Shown here one piece after another: positions 1 to 13,677 of a stretch of 64,000 nt of DNA. A program made the position numbers and the translations under genes. Source of the DNA: Mustelus asterias (taxonomy: Eukaryota). Each line of letters starts with the position of its first letter. Position 1 is the first letter of the stretch. The stretch lies in the NCBI RefSeq assembly GCF_964213995.1, contig NC_135830.1:12834001-12898000 (forward strand). The letters run 5' to 3'. Below the pieces are notes generated by a model that did not search any database, was not told the DNA's origin, and saw only the letters and a program-made list of their open reading frames with translations.

Positions 1-701
1 GTCCAATAATTTCAACCGTTTATATCCAGTATTGGTTCGTTATTCAACATTTAATATCAATACATGTATTTAACCAAATGCCCGCATTCTGAATTGAATA
101 TCTCTGAAATATAAAATATTGAATTGCAAACATGACTGGCCATCAAAATAAATCGATTCACTGTGTAATACACATCCTATGGTACTGATTTGAGAATGGC
201 CATATTTTTTATAGAAATCAAATATCTTCCAAGGGAAGAGATTTATGAATGTTCTGTTATTTATACTTGATCCTTCTTTATTCTGTTTGTCAAACATTGT
301 GGCATCTAAATCTCGTTCATCTGCAGGAAGTCCAGCAGGTCCGCACTGATTCGCGATTTCCTCATCTGCCTGAGTGCTTGTTTCCTATTTCTTTATCATG
401 AAGAACAATTTTAAAAATGATGCTTCGAAGAAATGTGCGCCATTACCTCTAATTCAATTGCAGCTTCACTTCTGTTTGCCTTCATGAGGAGGCAATACTA
501 TCAGACATGTTTCAGATGGTGATTAGATATGTTAGTCTGCATCCATAAACCCATTAAATTCTGTTGTGGGCTGAACGAGGAGCGAATATGTATGCAAACC
601 ATACAAACATTTATTTGCTGCCATAGCGTCCTAAAATACAGCATTTCTGATTTTCCTCAAAGCATTTGAGTTGGTGTAACCTCGAGGTTCGCTGAATGTT
701 G

Positions 702-831
702 AATCATGCAGAAACCAAAAGAGAAAATGCTGGAAAGTCTCAGCAGGTCTGGCAGCATCTGTAAGGAGACAAAAGAGCTGACGTTTCGAGTCCAGTTGAC
801 TCCTTGTCAAATCTTTATTAAATCATGCAGA
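702..831 (-). mobile_element. Short Penelope-terminus-like insertion with 11-bp direct repeat and hammerhead-like motif (mirror 58155-58285)
   Basis: AATCATGCAGA at 702-712 and 821-831 flanks the AAAATGCTGG..CTCAGCAGGTCTGGCAGCATCTG repeat family; hammerhead-like core at 776-814. Confidence 0.65.
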
Positions 832-864
832 CTTCGCCAAAGCTTAACGAGAAGGATCCAAAAG

Positions 865-937
865 TGCTTGCGCCCTGTTTCAAACCGGGGTCTTTCCGCG
901 TGTGAGGCGAATGTAATAACCACGACACTACAGAAAC
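865..937 (-). tRNA. tRNA-Val(CAC), degenerate, probable pseudogene
   Basis: Reverse complement GTTTCTGTAGTGTCGTGGTTATTACATTCGCCTCACACGCGGAAAGACCCCGGTTTGAAACAGGGCGCAAGCA (73 nt) matches the vertebrate tRNA-Val(CAC) consensus with several stem/box mutations; TTTT follows. Confidence 0.85.
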
Positions 938-1205
938 TGACAGCACCCTGCAGCTAATCGGCCTGTCGGCAATGTTCAACCGCGCTGTGTTGCTGCAGGG
1001 TCCAATGGTTCGACTGAGAGCCCACGTTACTTAATTCAAGAAGAAAGCTGTCTCTTTCAACCTAATTTCTCAACTTAGCTTGATCTTCAAAATGTAAAAG
1101 TGTTCGTCTGGCAAATTTCTAAAAGGGCAATGATTTCTGCTGATTCATGAATGCATCATTCTCATCTTCCTTCGAATAATCTCAACCAATTGTACTCATT
1201 ATTTC

Positions 1206-3710
1206 GAACATAGAGCACAGAACATAGAAAAGCTACAGCACAAACAGGCCCTTCGGCCCACAAGTTGCACCGACATGTCCCTACCTAATAGGCTTACCTA
1301 TAACCCTATATCTTACTAACTTCCATGAGCTTATCCAAAAGTCTCTTAAAAGACCCTATCGAATCCGCCTCCACCACCACTACCGGCAGCCGATTCCACG
1401 CACCCACCACCCTCTGAACGAAAAACTTACCCCTAACATCTCCTCTGTACCTACTCCCCAGCACCCTAAACCTGTGACCTCTTGTGGTAACCATTACAGA
1501 CCTGGGTGAAAGCCTCTGAGAATCCACTCTATCAATACCCCTCAACATCTTATACATCTCTATCAGATCACCCCTTATCCTTCGCCTCTCCAAGCAGAAA
1601 ATACCTAGCTCTCTCAACCTATCCCCATAAGGCATACCACCTAATCCAGGCAACATCCTTGTAAATCACCTCTGCACCCTTTCTATGGCTTCCACATCCT
1701 TTCTGTAATGAGGCGACCAGAACTTGGCACAGTACTCCAGGTGGGGTCTGACCAGGGACCGATACACCTGCAGCATTATCTCCCGATTTCTAAACTCAAT
1801 TCCTCTATTGATGAAGGCCAGTATTCCATACGCCTTCTTAACCACAGCCTCCACCTGCGACGCTGCTTTGACCGTCCTATGAACCCGGAGCCCAAGGTCC
1901 TTCTGATCTTCCACACTGCCAAGCGTCCTACCCTTAATATTATATTCTTTCATCCTATTCGACCTGTCAAAATGACCCACCACACACTTATCTGGGTTGA
2001 AGTCCATCTGCCACTTCTCCGCCCAGTCTTGCATCTTATCTATGTCTCTTTGCAACTGCTGACATCCCTCTACATTATCCACAACCCCACCAACCATTGT
2101 GTCATCAGCAAACTTGCCAACCCATCCTTCCACTTCCTCTTCCAAGTCATTTATAAAAATCACAAAGAGCAAGGGTCCCAGAACAGATCCCTGAGGCACT
2201 CCACTGGTGACAGACCTCCATGCTGAAAAAGACCCATCTACAACCACTCTTTGCCTTCTGTGGGCAAGCCAGTTCTGAATCCACAAAGCAATGTCCCCTT
2301 GAATCCCATGCCCCTTCACTTTCTCAATGAGCTTTGCATGGGGCACCTTATCAAACGCCTTGCTGAAATCCATATAAACTACATCTACCACTCTTCCCTC
2401 GTCTATGTGTCTAGTTACATCTTCAAAAAATTCAATTAGGCTCGTAAGGCATGATCTGCCTTGGTCAAAGCCGTGCTGGCTATTTCTGATCATACTATTC
2501 CTCTCCAGATGTTCATAAATCCTGCCTCTCAGGATCTTCTCCATCAACTTACCAACCACTGAGGTTAGACTCACCGGTCTATAATTTCCCGGGCTATCTC
2601 TTCTCCCTTTCTTGAAGAACGGAACCACATCCGCAATCCTCCAATCCTCTGGAACCTCTCCCGTCTCCATTGATGATGCAAAGATCATCGCCCGAGGCTC
2701 AGCAATCTCGTCCCTCGCCTCCCACAGTAACCTGGGGTACATCCCATCCGGTTCCGGCGATTTATCTAACTTGATGCTTTTCAAAACCTCCAGCACATCC
2801 TATTTCCTAATGTCCACATGCTCAATCTTCTCAGTCCACTGCAAGTCTGCACTGCAACAACCAAGATCCTTTTCCACTGTGAATACTGAAGCAAAGTATT
2901 CATTGAGTACCTCTGCCATTTCTACCGGTTCTATACAGACTTTCCCACCGTCACATTTGATAGGTCCTACTCCTTCACATCTTATCCTCTTGCTCTTAAC
3001 ATAGTTGTAGAATGCCTTGGGGTTTTCCTTTATGCTGTCTGCCAAGGCCTTCTCATGACCCCTTCTTGCTCTTCTAATTTACCTCTTAAGTTCCTTCTGA
3101 CCAGTCGTATACTCTTCTAGATTTCTAACATTACTTAGCTCCCTGAACCTTTTGTAGGGTTTTATTTTCTTCTTGACTAAATTCGTTACAGCTTTCGTGC
3201 ACCATGATTCCTGTGACCTACCATAACTCCCCTGTCTCATTGGAACGTTGCTGTGTAGAGCTCCAGACAAATTTTCCTTGAAGATTTGCCACATTTCTTC
3301 TGAACATTTCCCTGAGAAAACCTCCTTCCAATTTATGCCTCTAATTTCCTGCCTAATAGCCTCATAAATACCCTTACTCCAAATAAACACTTTCCAAGCT
3401 TGACTGATCCTATCTCTCTCCAATGCTAATGTAAAGGAGATAGAGTTATGATCACTATCCCCAAAATGCTCTCTCACTGAGAGATCTGACACCTGCCCAG
3501 GTTCATTCCCTAATGCCAAATCAAGTACAGCCTCTCCTCTTGTAGGCTTATTCACATACTGTGTCAGGAAGCCCTCCTGAGCACACCTAACAAACTCCTC
3601 CCCATTTAAACCACTTACCCTAGGGATATTCCAATCGATATTTGGGAACTTAAAATCTCCCATCACGACCACTCTGTTATTATCACATCTCTCCAGGATC
3701 TGCTTCCCTT
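1206..3710 (-). mobile_element. CR1-clade LINE, 5'-truncated (APE endonuclease remnant + RT), left arm only
   Basis: ORFs 3079..3672 (VMGDF.FP, SDHN), 1666..2796 ([24 protein letters not shown]) and 1306..1656; short-repeat tail; empty site in the right arm at ~57780. Confidence 0.95.
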
Positions 3711-4439
3711 TGTTTCGTTATTCAATATTTAATATCAATACATATTTTGACACAAATATCCTCATTATGAATTGAATATCTCTGAAAATGAATATTACTG
3801 AATTGGAAACATAACTGAGCAAAAAAAGGAAACGAGCCACCGGGTAATACAGATCCTATGGTGCATACTTGAGATTGAGCATAGTCAGCTTTTAAACAAA
3901 GTCAATTATATTTAAATAGAAGAGATTGAAGAATTACCTGTTAATTATACTTGAGCATTGTTATAAAATTATGGATGTGAAACATTCAGACATATAAAAT
4001 CTGCCCATCTATTGGAAAGTCCTGTTGATCCGCACTGAGTCTTGATTTCATCATCTGTCTGAATGATTTTTCCGACTTCTTTGTTACGAAAAACGATTTT
4101 TAAAATGATTCTTCTGGGCAATGTGCGCCATTTTCTCTAGTTCACTTACAGTATCACTTGTGTCTGCCATTTTGATCGCACTCTACTATTTGACATGTTT
4201 CAGTTGGTGATTAAGTATGTTAGTCTGCATCTATAAACCCATTAAATTCTGCTGTACACGAAAACGTTTTTTTTCTGTGAGTTTGTCAAAAATTTAGGCT
4301 TTTCTTATTTTACAGAAAGCATTGGAGGCCGAGTTCAGAGAAAAGAAACTCTGGCTGTAACATCGAGATTCGGATAATGCTCAGCGACGAACTGAAATCA
4401 TCCAGGTCTTCCTCACCCTACATGAGAAAACTTAATGAA

Positions 4440-4505
4440 TGTTTCTGCCTGTTCTCGGACATGCCGCGTGTTAGGCGAACGTGATAACCGCTACAATACA
4501 GAAAC
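4440..4505 (-). pseudogene. tRNA-Val(AAC) pseudogene
   Basis: GTTTCTGTATTGTAGCGGTTATCACGTTCGCCTAACACGCG... with a deletion in the T-arm. Confidence 0.85.
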
Positions 4506-5499
4506 AGCTAACATTGCAAAACCACCAATTGGCTTGACTACAATGTTCAACTCCATTGTGTTACTGCAGATTCTAGTGGTCAGATTGAGACCCCTTGTCA
4601 CTAATTACAAGAACACATCCGTTACTTTCAACCTGATATCTCAACTTACCTTGTACTTCAAAACAAAAAAAAAACGTTCGCACGGCAAATGTCTGAGGGA
4701 GCATTGATTTCTGCTCAATCATTAATGCATCATTCTCATTTTTGGTCGAATAAGTTCAACCAGTTATATCCAGTATTTGTCATTATTCAGCATTTAATGT
4801 TAATACATTTTTAACACATGTCGTCATTCTGAATTGAATATCTCTGAAATATACAACATTGAATTGCAAACATGACTGACCAACAAAAGAAATCGAGTCA
4901 CTGGGTAATACACATGCCATGGTGCTTATTTGAGATTGACCATAATAATCTTTTAAACAAAATCAAATATCTTTCAAGGGAAGAGAGTTAAGAATGATCT
5001 GTTCGTTATTCTTGATCCCTCTTTATTCCGTGTGTGAAACATCCAGACGCCTAAATCTCGTTCATCTAAAGAAAGTCCAGCAAGTCCGCACTGATTTTTG
5101 ATTTCCTCATCTGCCTGAGTGGATGGTCCTGTTTCTTTATCATGAAGATCAATTTTTAAAAGATGCTTCTGGGAAATGTGCGCCATTTCCTCTAGTCCAG
5201 TTACAGTTTCACTTGTGTCTATCTTTACGAGCACGCAGTACCATCAGACATGTTTCAGATGGTGATTAGATATGTTAGTCTGCACGGATAAACACATTAA
5301 ATTCTGTTGTGGACTGAACGAGTTGCGAATATGTGTACAAATTTAAAAAACATTTATTTCCTTTCATTGTGTCCTACAATACAGCATTTCTGATTTTGCT
5401 GAAAGCATTTGAGTTAATTAAACATCGAGATTCGCCAAATGTTGAGTAATGAACTTAAATCATGCGGACTTCGGTCACGCTTAGTGAGAATGATCCAAC

Positions 5500-5572
5500 A
5501 GCGTTTCGGCGCGCTTTTGAACCGGGAACATTTCGCATGTAAAACTTCGTAGAACTTCGACGCGACAGAAAC
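5500..5572 (-). pseudogene. Highly degenerate tRNA-Val pseudogene
   Basis: Retains the GTTTCTGT 5' end and CCCGGTTCAAA..GAAACG 3' half at the expected position in the repeat unit. Confidence 0.7.
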
Positions 5573-6059
5573 AGCTGAGAGCACACTTCAACTAATCGGC
5601 TTGCCCGTAATGTTCAACTGTGCTGTGATGCTGCAGGTTCCATTGCTTTGACTGAGAACCCATTTCGCTTAATGCAAGAAGAAAACCGTTACTTGCAACC
5701 TAATTTCTCAACTTATCTTGAAATTCAAAAATTAAAAACGTTCGCCTGGCAAATATCTAAGTGAGCAATGATTTCTGTTCAATCAGTAACGCATCATTGT
5801 CAACTTCCTTCGAATAATGTCAACCAATTGTACTTAGTATTTGTTTCGTTGTTCAATATTTAATACAATACATTATTTAACACATGTCCTGATTGTGAAT
5901 TCAATATCTCTGAAATTGAATATCATTGAATTGCAAACATAACCTACCAACAAAAGGAATCGAGTCACCGGTTAATACAGACCCCAGGGTGCTGATTTGA
6001 GATTGACCATAGTCTGCTTTTAAACAAAGTCAACATTTTTTAAATGGAAGAGATTTAAG

Positions 6060-6179
6060 TATTATCCATTATGTGGAGATGCCGGCGTTGGACTGATGAA
6101 GGAGCAGCTCTACGGATGCTTGTGCTACAAATAAACCTGTTCGACTTTAACCTGGTGCTGTGTGACGTATTATCCATTA
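6060..6179. mobile_element. Short Penelope-terminus-derived insertion with 12-bp TSD (mirror ~55365-55483)
   Basis: TATTATCCATTA at 6060-6071 and 6168-6179 flanks GTGGAGATGCCGGCGTTGGACTGATGAAGGAGCAGC, the same terminus as the GIY-YIG elements at 19340 and 35357. Confidence 0.75.
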
Positions 6180-6814
6180 GTTATACTTGAGCCTTTTTTA
6201 TTCTGTGTGAAACATTCAGGCGCCTAAATTCCGTCAACCTATAGGAAAGTCCAGTGGATCTAAACTGAGTCTGAGCCTGAGTGGTTTTTCCTATTTGTTA
6301 GTTATGAAGAACGACTAAAAAAAAGATTCTTCTGGGAAATGTGTGCCATTTCCTCTAGTTCATTTACAGGATCACTTGCTCCAGTATTTTTGAGCACACA
6401 CTAGATTCAGAGATGTTTCAGATGGTGATTAACTATGTTAGTCTGCAACTATAACCCCATTAATTTCTGTTGCACACTGAACGAACGAGATCCTACTTTC
6501 TGCACTCTCTCGTTTCCTTCTCTATGAACGATGTGCTTTGTCTGTATAGCGCACTCGAAACAATATTTTTCACTGTATGCTAAGACATGTGAAAATAGTA
6601 AATCAAATAAAATAAAAATTTACGTGTGCACAGAGAAACGTTTCTTTCCTGTCAGTGCGTCAAAGAAATCAGCACTTCCAATTGAACAGAAAGCCTTCGG
6701 AGCCGAGATCAGGTCAAAGAAAGTACAGCTGTAACATCGAGATTCGGATAACTTTCAGCAACAAACCTAAATCCGACAGATTTCCCTCACACTACATGTG
6801 AAAGCTAAAGTATC

Positions 6815-6884
6815 GTTGATGCCCGGTTTGAACAGCGGCTCTCTCACACGTTAGGCGAAAGTGATAACCACGACATTACAGAAC
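6815..6884 (-). pseudogene. tRNA-Val(AAC) pseudogene
   Basis: GTTCTGTAATGTCGTGGTTATCACTTTCGCCTAACGTGTG...TTCAAACCGGGCA on the minus strand. Confidence 0.8.
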
Positions 6885-9170
6885 AAAGTGACAGCAACGC
6901 GCCCCAATGGGCCTGGCTGCAACGTTCCAAATGTGTAGGAAACAAGTGCAAGGAAAAAAGTGTAGGAAGAATCTGTGGAATGCATTGCCCGCAGAAGGCT
7001 GTGGAAGACAGGTAATTGAGTGTATTTAACACCGAGATGGATAGGTCCTTCATTGGTAATGGGATCAAAGGTTACGCGCAAAGGGAGGGAGAATGGGGTA
7101 GAGAAACGTATCAGTCATGGTCGAATGGTGGAGCAGGCTCAATGCGCCGAATAGCCTACTTCTGCTCCTATATTTTAATGCCTATTGGTCTAAACGGCAG
7201 CTGTGATATCTTCTGTGTTTGCATGGGAGGTTTGGAGTCGGGAGTAGGGGTTTGCTGGAAGGGGCGGTGGAGGCACGAATGGGTTATTTTCCAGGGGTCC
7301 TGGGAAAACTTGGAGCGTGGGATTGAGTGAAAACCATTGATAAACAATGAAGGTATTCACAATCTGCTGTATGTTATTTCCCTGCAATGATGTGATCACA
7401 GCCCTGGTTCTTATTTGATAATTATTTACAACTGTTTGTGGCTACCCTCGCAACTTTGTGGTGGTGGCTTAGCGATATTGTAGCTGGACTAGTAATCCAT
7501 AAACAAAGCAGAATATTCTGAGAATTGGGTTTTGCAAACCACCACGGCAGATGGTGAATTTTGAATTCATTACTTGGAATTAAAAGGCTAATGATGATCA
7601 TGAAACAGTTGTTGATTGTGGTGAAAATCGTTCTGATAGATGTTCTTCAGAGAAGCAAATTTGCATTCCTTGCCTCGACCTCGTTGTTACTCCAGAGCCA
7701 TAACAATGTGGTTGACCCTTAAATGCCCTCAGGAATGGGCACGCTCACATTCCGTGAATGAATATTTAAAAGAAACTCTGCCTTCTGCCCGAAAAGTTTA
7801 TTATTTTTTAGATATCCCAACAGAGGCGCAGTGATCGTTTTTGTCAACGTGAAATTATAGGGAAAGAGCCGTTGGCAACACAGCCACCGGCAATCCCACC
7901 AACTGAAATTTCCAGTTTAAACTTAGCAAAATGGTAATAGCAGGAACAGCGGAGCTCTGGCACCCTCCTGCGCCTTTCAATCAGCCCAGACAATGTACTG
8001 CACTACGGGGCAGGAAGAAAGCTCATCAAGTCATCTGCAGGTGACTGGATATGATATCTGGAAACATTCACTGTGCTCACTGAGGGACTGAGTTCACGCT
8101 CAGATACTTTAAACTGGATGTTCACAGTTAAGGGAAGCAGACATAACAGAAATTTCCTTTGGAGATTGAAAGTTAGTTACAGAATGGTCACTGTTGACAA
8201 ATGGATATGAAGTCGAGATGTTGACCTGATCGCGTTTGCAGGAAAAATCTAATTCCTGGATGATTACAGCTTCGAATTTCCATTTTTTAATTAATGCGTT
8301 CAGAACTGCCAGGCCCTTGGGGTTTTTCATTTCAAACTCAGAACTAAATATATCCTATTTCAATAGGGAATTAATTCCCTGTCTTAATTTGTTTGTTCAG
8401 TGTTGCAAAACCCACATGCCCACTGAGATCGCAGCGGCCATAAAAATATGCGGTTGTGATCCCTCGAATTTTATTTCAAAGAGATTGCCTTAAAGACGGA
8501 GAGGCAGAACTTTCCCCATTGAAAATGATGGAAGCTTTTTCCAGGATCAAGAAAGGGTACTACACGTTCCTTGCATCGTTGGTATTCCTGGTAAGTAACA
8601 ATAACCACTGCAGCTATCCAAACCAGGGGTGATCTCTTATACGGACGCCTGATTACTCATAGCAGACAGTTCAGTCAAAAGTCAGGAATTATCCATTTGA
8701 TGTAATGCCAGTCCATCTATTTCCAAGGCTCGCTGAATCAGCAATGTTTTGCTTCTAGAGGAACATGGTATGCCGCCGTTCAAGCAGACAGCAGTGCAGT
8801 TGCCTGTCTCATCCAAGGTATTAGTGGGGGTGTCTGCAATTAAAGAAGTTTAACGAGTCTGGGTCATTAAGCAGAGAGGAAAGCCTGACAAAAGTTGGAA
8901 GTATTACTAAGTGTTTATACTGACTGAATTTGAGTCACTAACTGAAGTTAAACAATTTGCTACAGAGGACATGCCTTAATGGAAGTTTCTGTCGTTGTAG
9001 TACGTACCTAGTTTCGGGCACTGGCGGAAGAAAAGCACATGGCACCAGTGTCAATATATTCCGACATGTGCCTGTCAGAGCAGAATTCCACTAAACTGGG
9101 CGGCTAACAGTTTGGAATAAGTCACTCGGAAATTATGTCTTACATGGAACATGTGGCACGAAGTGTCTGT

Positions 9171-10530
9171 CTTTTTCCGGCTGGATGCCTGTGACTAGTG
9201 GTTTTCCGCAGGGCTCTGTATTGGGACCTCTGCTGTTTGTGATTGACATAAACGATCTGGAAGAAGGTGTAACTGGGGTGATCAGTAAGTTTGTGGACGA
9301 CACGAAAATGGCTGGACTTGCAGATAGTGAGGAACATTGTCAGAGGCTACAGAAGGATATAGATAGGCTGGAAATTTGGGCAAAGAAATGGCAGATGGAG
9401 TTCAATCCAGATAAATGCGAAGTGATGCATTTTGGTAGAACTAACGTAGTGGGCGAAGTGGGGAGCTATACGATGAATGGCAGAACCATAAAGGGTGTAG
9501 ATACGCAGAGGGACCTGGGTGTGCAAGTCCACAGATCCTTGAAGGTGACGTCAGAGGCGGAGAAGGTAGTGAATAAGGCATATGGCTTGCTTGCCTTTAT
9601 AGGACGGGGCATAGAGTATAAAAGGGGCGGCACGGTAGCACAGTGGTTAGCACTGCTGCTTCACAGCTCCAGAGACCTGGGTTCGAATCCCGGCTTGGGT
9701 CGCTGTCTGTGTGAAGTTTGCACATTCTCCCCGTGTCTGCGTGGGTTTCCTCCGGGTGCTCCGGTTTCCTCCCACAGTCCAAAGATGTGCGGGCTAGGTT
9801 GATTGGCAATTCTAAATTGCCCCTTAGTGTCCCGGGGTGCATAGGTTAGAGGGGTTAGTGGGTAAATATGTAGGGATATGTAGATAGGGCCTGGGTGGGA
9901 TTGTGGTTGGTGCAGACTCGATGGGCCGAATGGCCTCTTTCTGCACTGTAGGATTCTATGAAAAGTTGGGGTCTGATTTTGCAGTTGTGTAGAACGTTGC
10001 TTCGGCCGCATTTGGAATACTGCGCCCAGTTCTGGTCGCCACACTACCAGAAGGACGTGGAGGCTTTAGAGAGAGTACAGAGGAGGTTTAACAGGATGTT
10101 GCCTGGTATGGAAGGGCTTAGTTATGAGGAGAGATTGAGTAAACTGGAGTTGTTCTCACTGGAAAGACGGAGGAAGAGGGGTGACCTAATAGAAGTGTAT
10201 AAAATTATGAAAGGCATAGATAGGGTGAATGGTGGGAAGCTTTTTCCCAGGTCGGTGGTAACATTCACGAGGGGTCATAGGTTCAAGGTGAGGGCGGGGG
10301 AGGTTTAACACGGATATTACACAGAGGGTGGTGGGGGCCTGGAATGCGCTGCCGGGCAAGGTGGTGGAGGCGGACACACTGGGAACGTTTAAGACTTATC
10401 TAGATAGCCATATGAATGGAGTGCGAATGGAGGGATACAAAAGAATGGTCTAGTTTGGACCAGGGAGCGGCGCGGGTTTGGAGGGCCGAAGGGCCTGTTC
10501 CTGTGCTGTATTGTTCTTTGTTCTTTGTTC
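9171..10530 (+). mobile_element. CR1 LINE 3' fragment with nested HE1 SINE, left arm only
   Basis: ORFs 9185..9802 ([13 protein letters not shown]) and 9958..10308 (RPHLEYC); TTCTTTG tail; empty site near 51715. Confidence 0.93.
9625..9960 (+). mobile_element. HE1-type tRNA-derived SINE
   Basis: GGGCGGCACGGTAGCACAGTGGTTAGCACTGCTGC head, GGTTCGAATCCC B-box, V-domain GTGTG.AGTTTGCACATTCTCCCC, CR1-derived tail GATTCTAT. Confidence 0.92.
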
Positions 10531-11127
10531 TATTTAGCAGAGTGCAAGACGTGATCCGATTGCCCGGTATTACTTGGGGTATCCATCCGTTCATGCAGCA
10601 TTTTACTGACTGTGAGTCGCCAAACTAGTTAGAACAGCTGGAACAGACACCTGATAATGCCAGAGTGTACATGAGATTATCGCTCAGCTTTTCTAACAGT
10701 GACTCTCCATCTGGAATTGGAGCTTAACAATTGATCCCAGTGGCCACAGAATACTGGGCTCGTCTTTCAATTTTAATTCTGCTGAACATCGGCTTCAAAG
10801 GGGGTGGAAAAGCCGGTCGTACTTTGCAATCATTATATTAACTGGCTACTATCTTAACTGCATAGGGCTGTTTTCATGCTTCCCTGAAGATATTTGATTG
10901 CAAAGATGAAGATATTTTGCTGCTGGTTGATATTTGGTCATAAGTCTAACGAGTGAAATGCAATGTTATTGCCCCGAACTGCCGCATCCGAAATTCAAGA
11001 TCGTTGTTTACTGAAAGGTAATTGGGAGAGCGGTATTCAAATTCAGTGAATAATGACATTGCTTGCAGTAGATATTGATATGCAATAGATATTGATACTC
11101 CCCGTATATCTTCTGGCGCTGAGTGAT

Positions 11128-11200
11128 CTCCCCCCCCCCCACCTCCCCCCCCCCCCCCCACCTCCCCCCCCCCCCCCCCCCCCCCCCCCCCACCACCACC
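11128..11200. repeat. Poly-C tract (G-rich on the minus strand)
   Basis: ~70 nt of almost pure C; the orthologous right-arm site near 51135 has only GGGCAGGGGG. Confidence 0.9.
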
Positions 11201-11239
11201 TACCCTAACACAGTCCTGAGAACCTGTGTTATTTATTGT

Positions 11240-12045
11240 TCATTTGTGGGACATGGGCATCGCTGGCTGGCCAGCATTTATTGCCCATCACTAGTTGCCC
11301 TTCAGAAGATGGTGATGAGCTGTCTTCTTGAAACGCTGCAGTCCGTGCTCTGTGGGTTGATCCACAATGTCGTTAGGGAAGGAGTTCCAGGATTTTGAGC
11401 CAGCGACTGCGAAAGAACGGTGACATATTTCCAAGTTAGGATGGTGAGTGGGTTGGAGGAGAATTTGTAGGTGATGGTGTTCCCATGAATTCTCTGTCCT
11501 TGCCCTTCCAGAAGGAAGTGGTCGTGTGTGCTGTCTAAGGATGTTCGGTGAATTGCTTCAGTGCATCTTGTAGAGAGTACACACTGCTACCAGTGAGCGT
11601 CGGTGGTGGAGGGAGTAGAGTTTTGTGGATGTGGTGCCTACCAACTGGGTTGTTTTGTCCTGGATGGTGTCAAGCTTCTTGAATGTTGTTGGAGTTGCAC
11701 ACATCCCGACATGTGGGGAGTATTCCATCACACCCCTGACTTGTGCATGGTAGATGGTGGACAGGCTTTGGGGAGTCAGGAGGTGGGTTACTCTCTACAA
11801 TATTCCTCGACTCTGACTAGCTCTTGTAGCCACTGTGTTTATGTGGCAAATACAATTGAATTTCTGGTCAATGACAACCCTAAGGATGTTGATACTGAGG
11901 GATTCAATGATGGAAACACTATTGAATGTCAAGGGGCGACTGTTGGAGTATCTCCTTTTGGTGATAACCATTGCCTGGCATTTCTATGGCACGAATGTTA
12001 CTTGCCACTTGTCAGTCCAAGCTGGATATTGTCCAGATCTCTCAT
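11240..12045 (-). mobile_element. Old non-LTR retrotransposon 3' fragment (CR1/L2-like; mirror 49145-51090; related copies 60520-60950 and 63740-64000)
   Basis: Recurrent GGCATCGCTGGCTGGCCAGCATTTATTGCCCATC end; related copy translates to TIYKAQVGSVSEYSPLIW (LINE RT C-terminus). Confidence 0.75.
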
Positions 12046-13677
12046 TACTTTTTTAAAAATTATTATCTTGCTCTTACACACGGTGAATTTTACAGTTATT
12101 TTATTCCACTGTTTAACTGGTTACGTTATCAAACACCGGGCTACATATAACTCGGTGTCTACATCAGCATTATTGAACTTAGATATAGAGCTGCAAAGAA
12201 TTATCTACGCAACTGAGGGATATCCATTTCCAGTTCTCCTAATGCAGAGATCTGTTCAGCGACAGTAAATGAAAATATTGGTACATAGTGGGTACTTCAA
12301 GCACTTAAGAAATTTAATAAATCAACAAAGTTAACTCCTATATGGAACTCTTTTATCCAAGAGGTCTGTGGAAGCTTAATGCGTGAACATGTTAAAAACA
12401 GAATTCAATTTACCTCTGGATATTAATTATGTAAGGTAAATGGGGATAATTGTATCGTGAGTACAGGATCTACTGTGATCTATTTGAATGGTCGAGTAAC
12501 CTTGCCGAGCTGAATGGCGTACTCCTGCCCTTATTTACCATGTTTCAAAGATATCTGCAACATTATGAAAGGGCAAATCATTCTGATATATCACCAAACA
12601 TGTTACATTGAATTTCAAAAATAATACAGGACAGTTGGTTTATGCTTATTGTCTTGCTTCGCAGGAGTCCCTCTTCACCCACGACTGTCTAGGTTTAAGC
12701 TTCTGCGTTTTTCTTTTCTGCTTAATTACCTTATATATCTTGTCATTCAATGTTCGCGACATCCACATTCTCACCACTCTGCAGTTAAGGTGTCTCCGTA
12801 ATCCCTTCGGAAATTGCTGGAAAATCTCTGCAGGTCTGACAGTATCTGTGGAGAGAGAATGCAGCCAACGCGAGATTTATGTTTTTTACCTGCCAGAGTT
12901 AACAATGAGATTAAATTATGTTTCACATCATGGCCATCGCTCAGATATCGCAGAAAACATATGCTTCTACTGGAAGATGAGTGCACGAGAGAGACTGCAA
13001 GTGTGGGAGTAGGATTGGTATTTTTGCTGGGGATCTCCGATCGATGCACCGTCTATACTCTGATCGTTACGCCATGTATATCTGTGTCACATTTCTGACA
13101 ACTCCTTTCGAACTTTCCGTCTGGCACTCTGTTTTTGTGTAGAAGAATTGGCCCTCCTTGCGACCCATCTCTCCTTTCTTTAATTCTCTCTTTCACCTTG
13201 TATCACTTTCATTATTAATTGATTCCTGACTTCCAAACCATCGCATCATCTTCGTCCATTTTCTTTCCTCCCGCTATAGCCAGGTCTCCTATTCCACTCA
13301 CATTGTTTCCCTCCTCAGTTCACTAGCGAAAGGTAGGTCTGAACCACAACGCCAACCTCTTAACCACGGGCAGGTCAAGGAGGCACGTCCCGAATTCATC
13401 CCAGATTGAATGACGATCGAACCCTGTGCTGCAGACACCAATCTGATCCACACTGGCCAAGTACAGAAATCAGCTCCTCAACGAGCCTGCAGTACTGTAA
13501 TAATATACACTTTCACATGCATTTTGAGACTGGATTGATGGAATGGAGAAGATTGGTGTCCCTTTCCTTTTACATCACATGGCTGACCAGGATTCATTGT
13601 TAAACTTACCGCCTGCCATTTTCATAGTTTGGAAGGATTTGGTCAGTGTGTTTGGCTGTTCGATTAACCCAACTCCT

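Larger units (their letters stand above)
1..6900 (-). repeat. Tandem array of ~1.06-1.2-kb AT-rich units, each containing a tRNA-Val copy (left arm)
   Basis: Recurring spacer blocks such as TTTCAGATGGTGATTA..ATGTTAGTCTGCA at ~511, 4198, 5253, 6416, with tRNA-Val-like sequences at 865, 4440, 5500, 6815. Confidence 0.9.

Noticed and set aside
70-297. ORF pairs conserved between arms (70..297/58705..58932, 4974..5234/56261..56506, 17345..17617/43235..43486)
   Set aside because: Similarity is explained by the duplication; no protein motifs, and homologous frames are not maintained in other array units.
9597-10044. Recurrent short ORFs (MHPGTLRGNL.., MVSTAASQ..) found several times in the window
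   Set aside because: Chance frames through HE1 SINE copies, not genes.
10946-11398. Poly-Gly/poly-Pro ORFs
   Set aside because: Translation artefacts of the poly-C tract.
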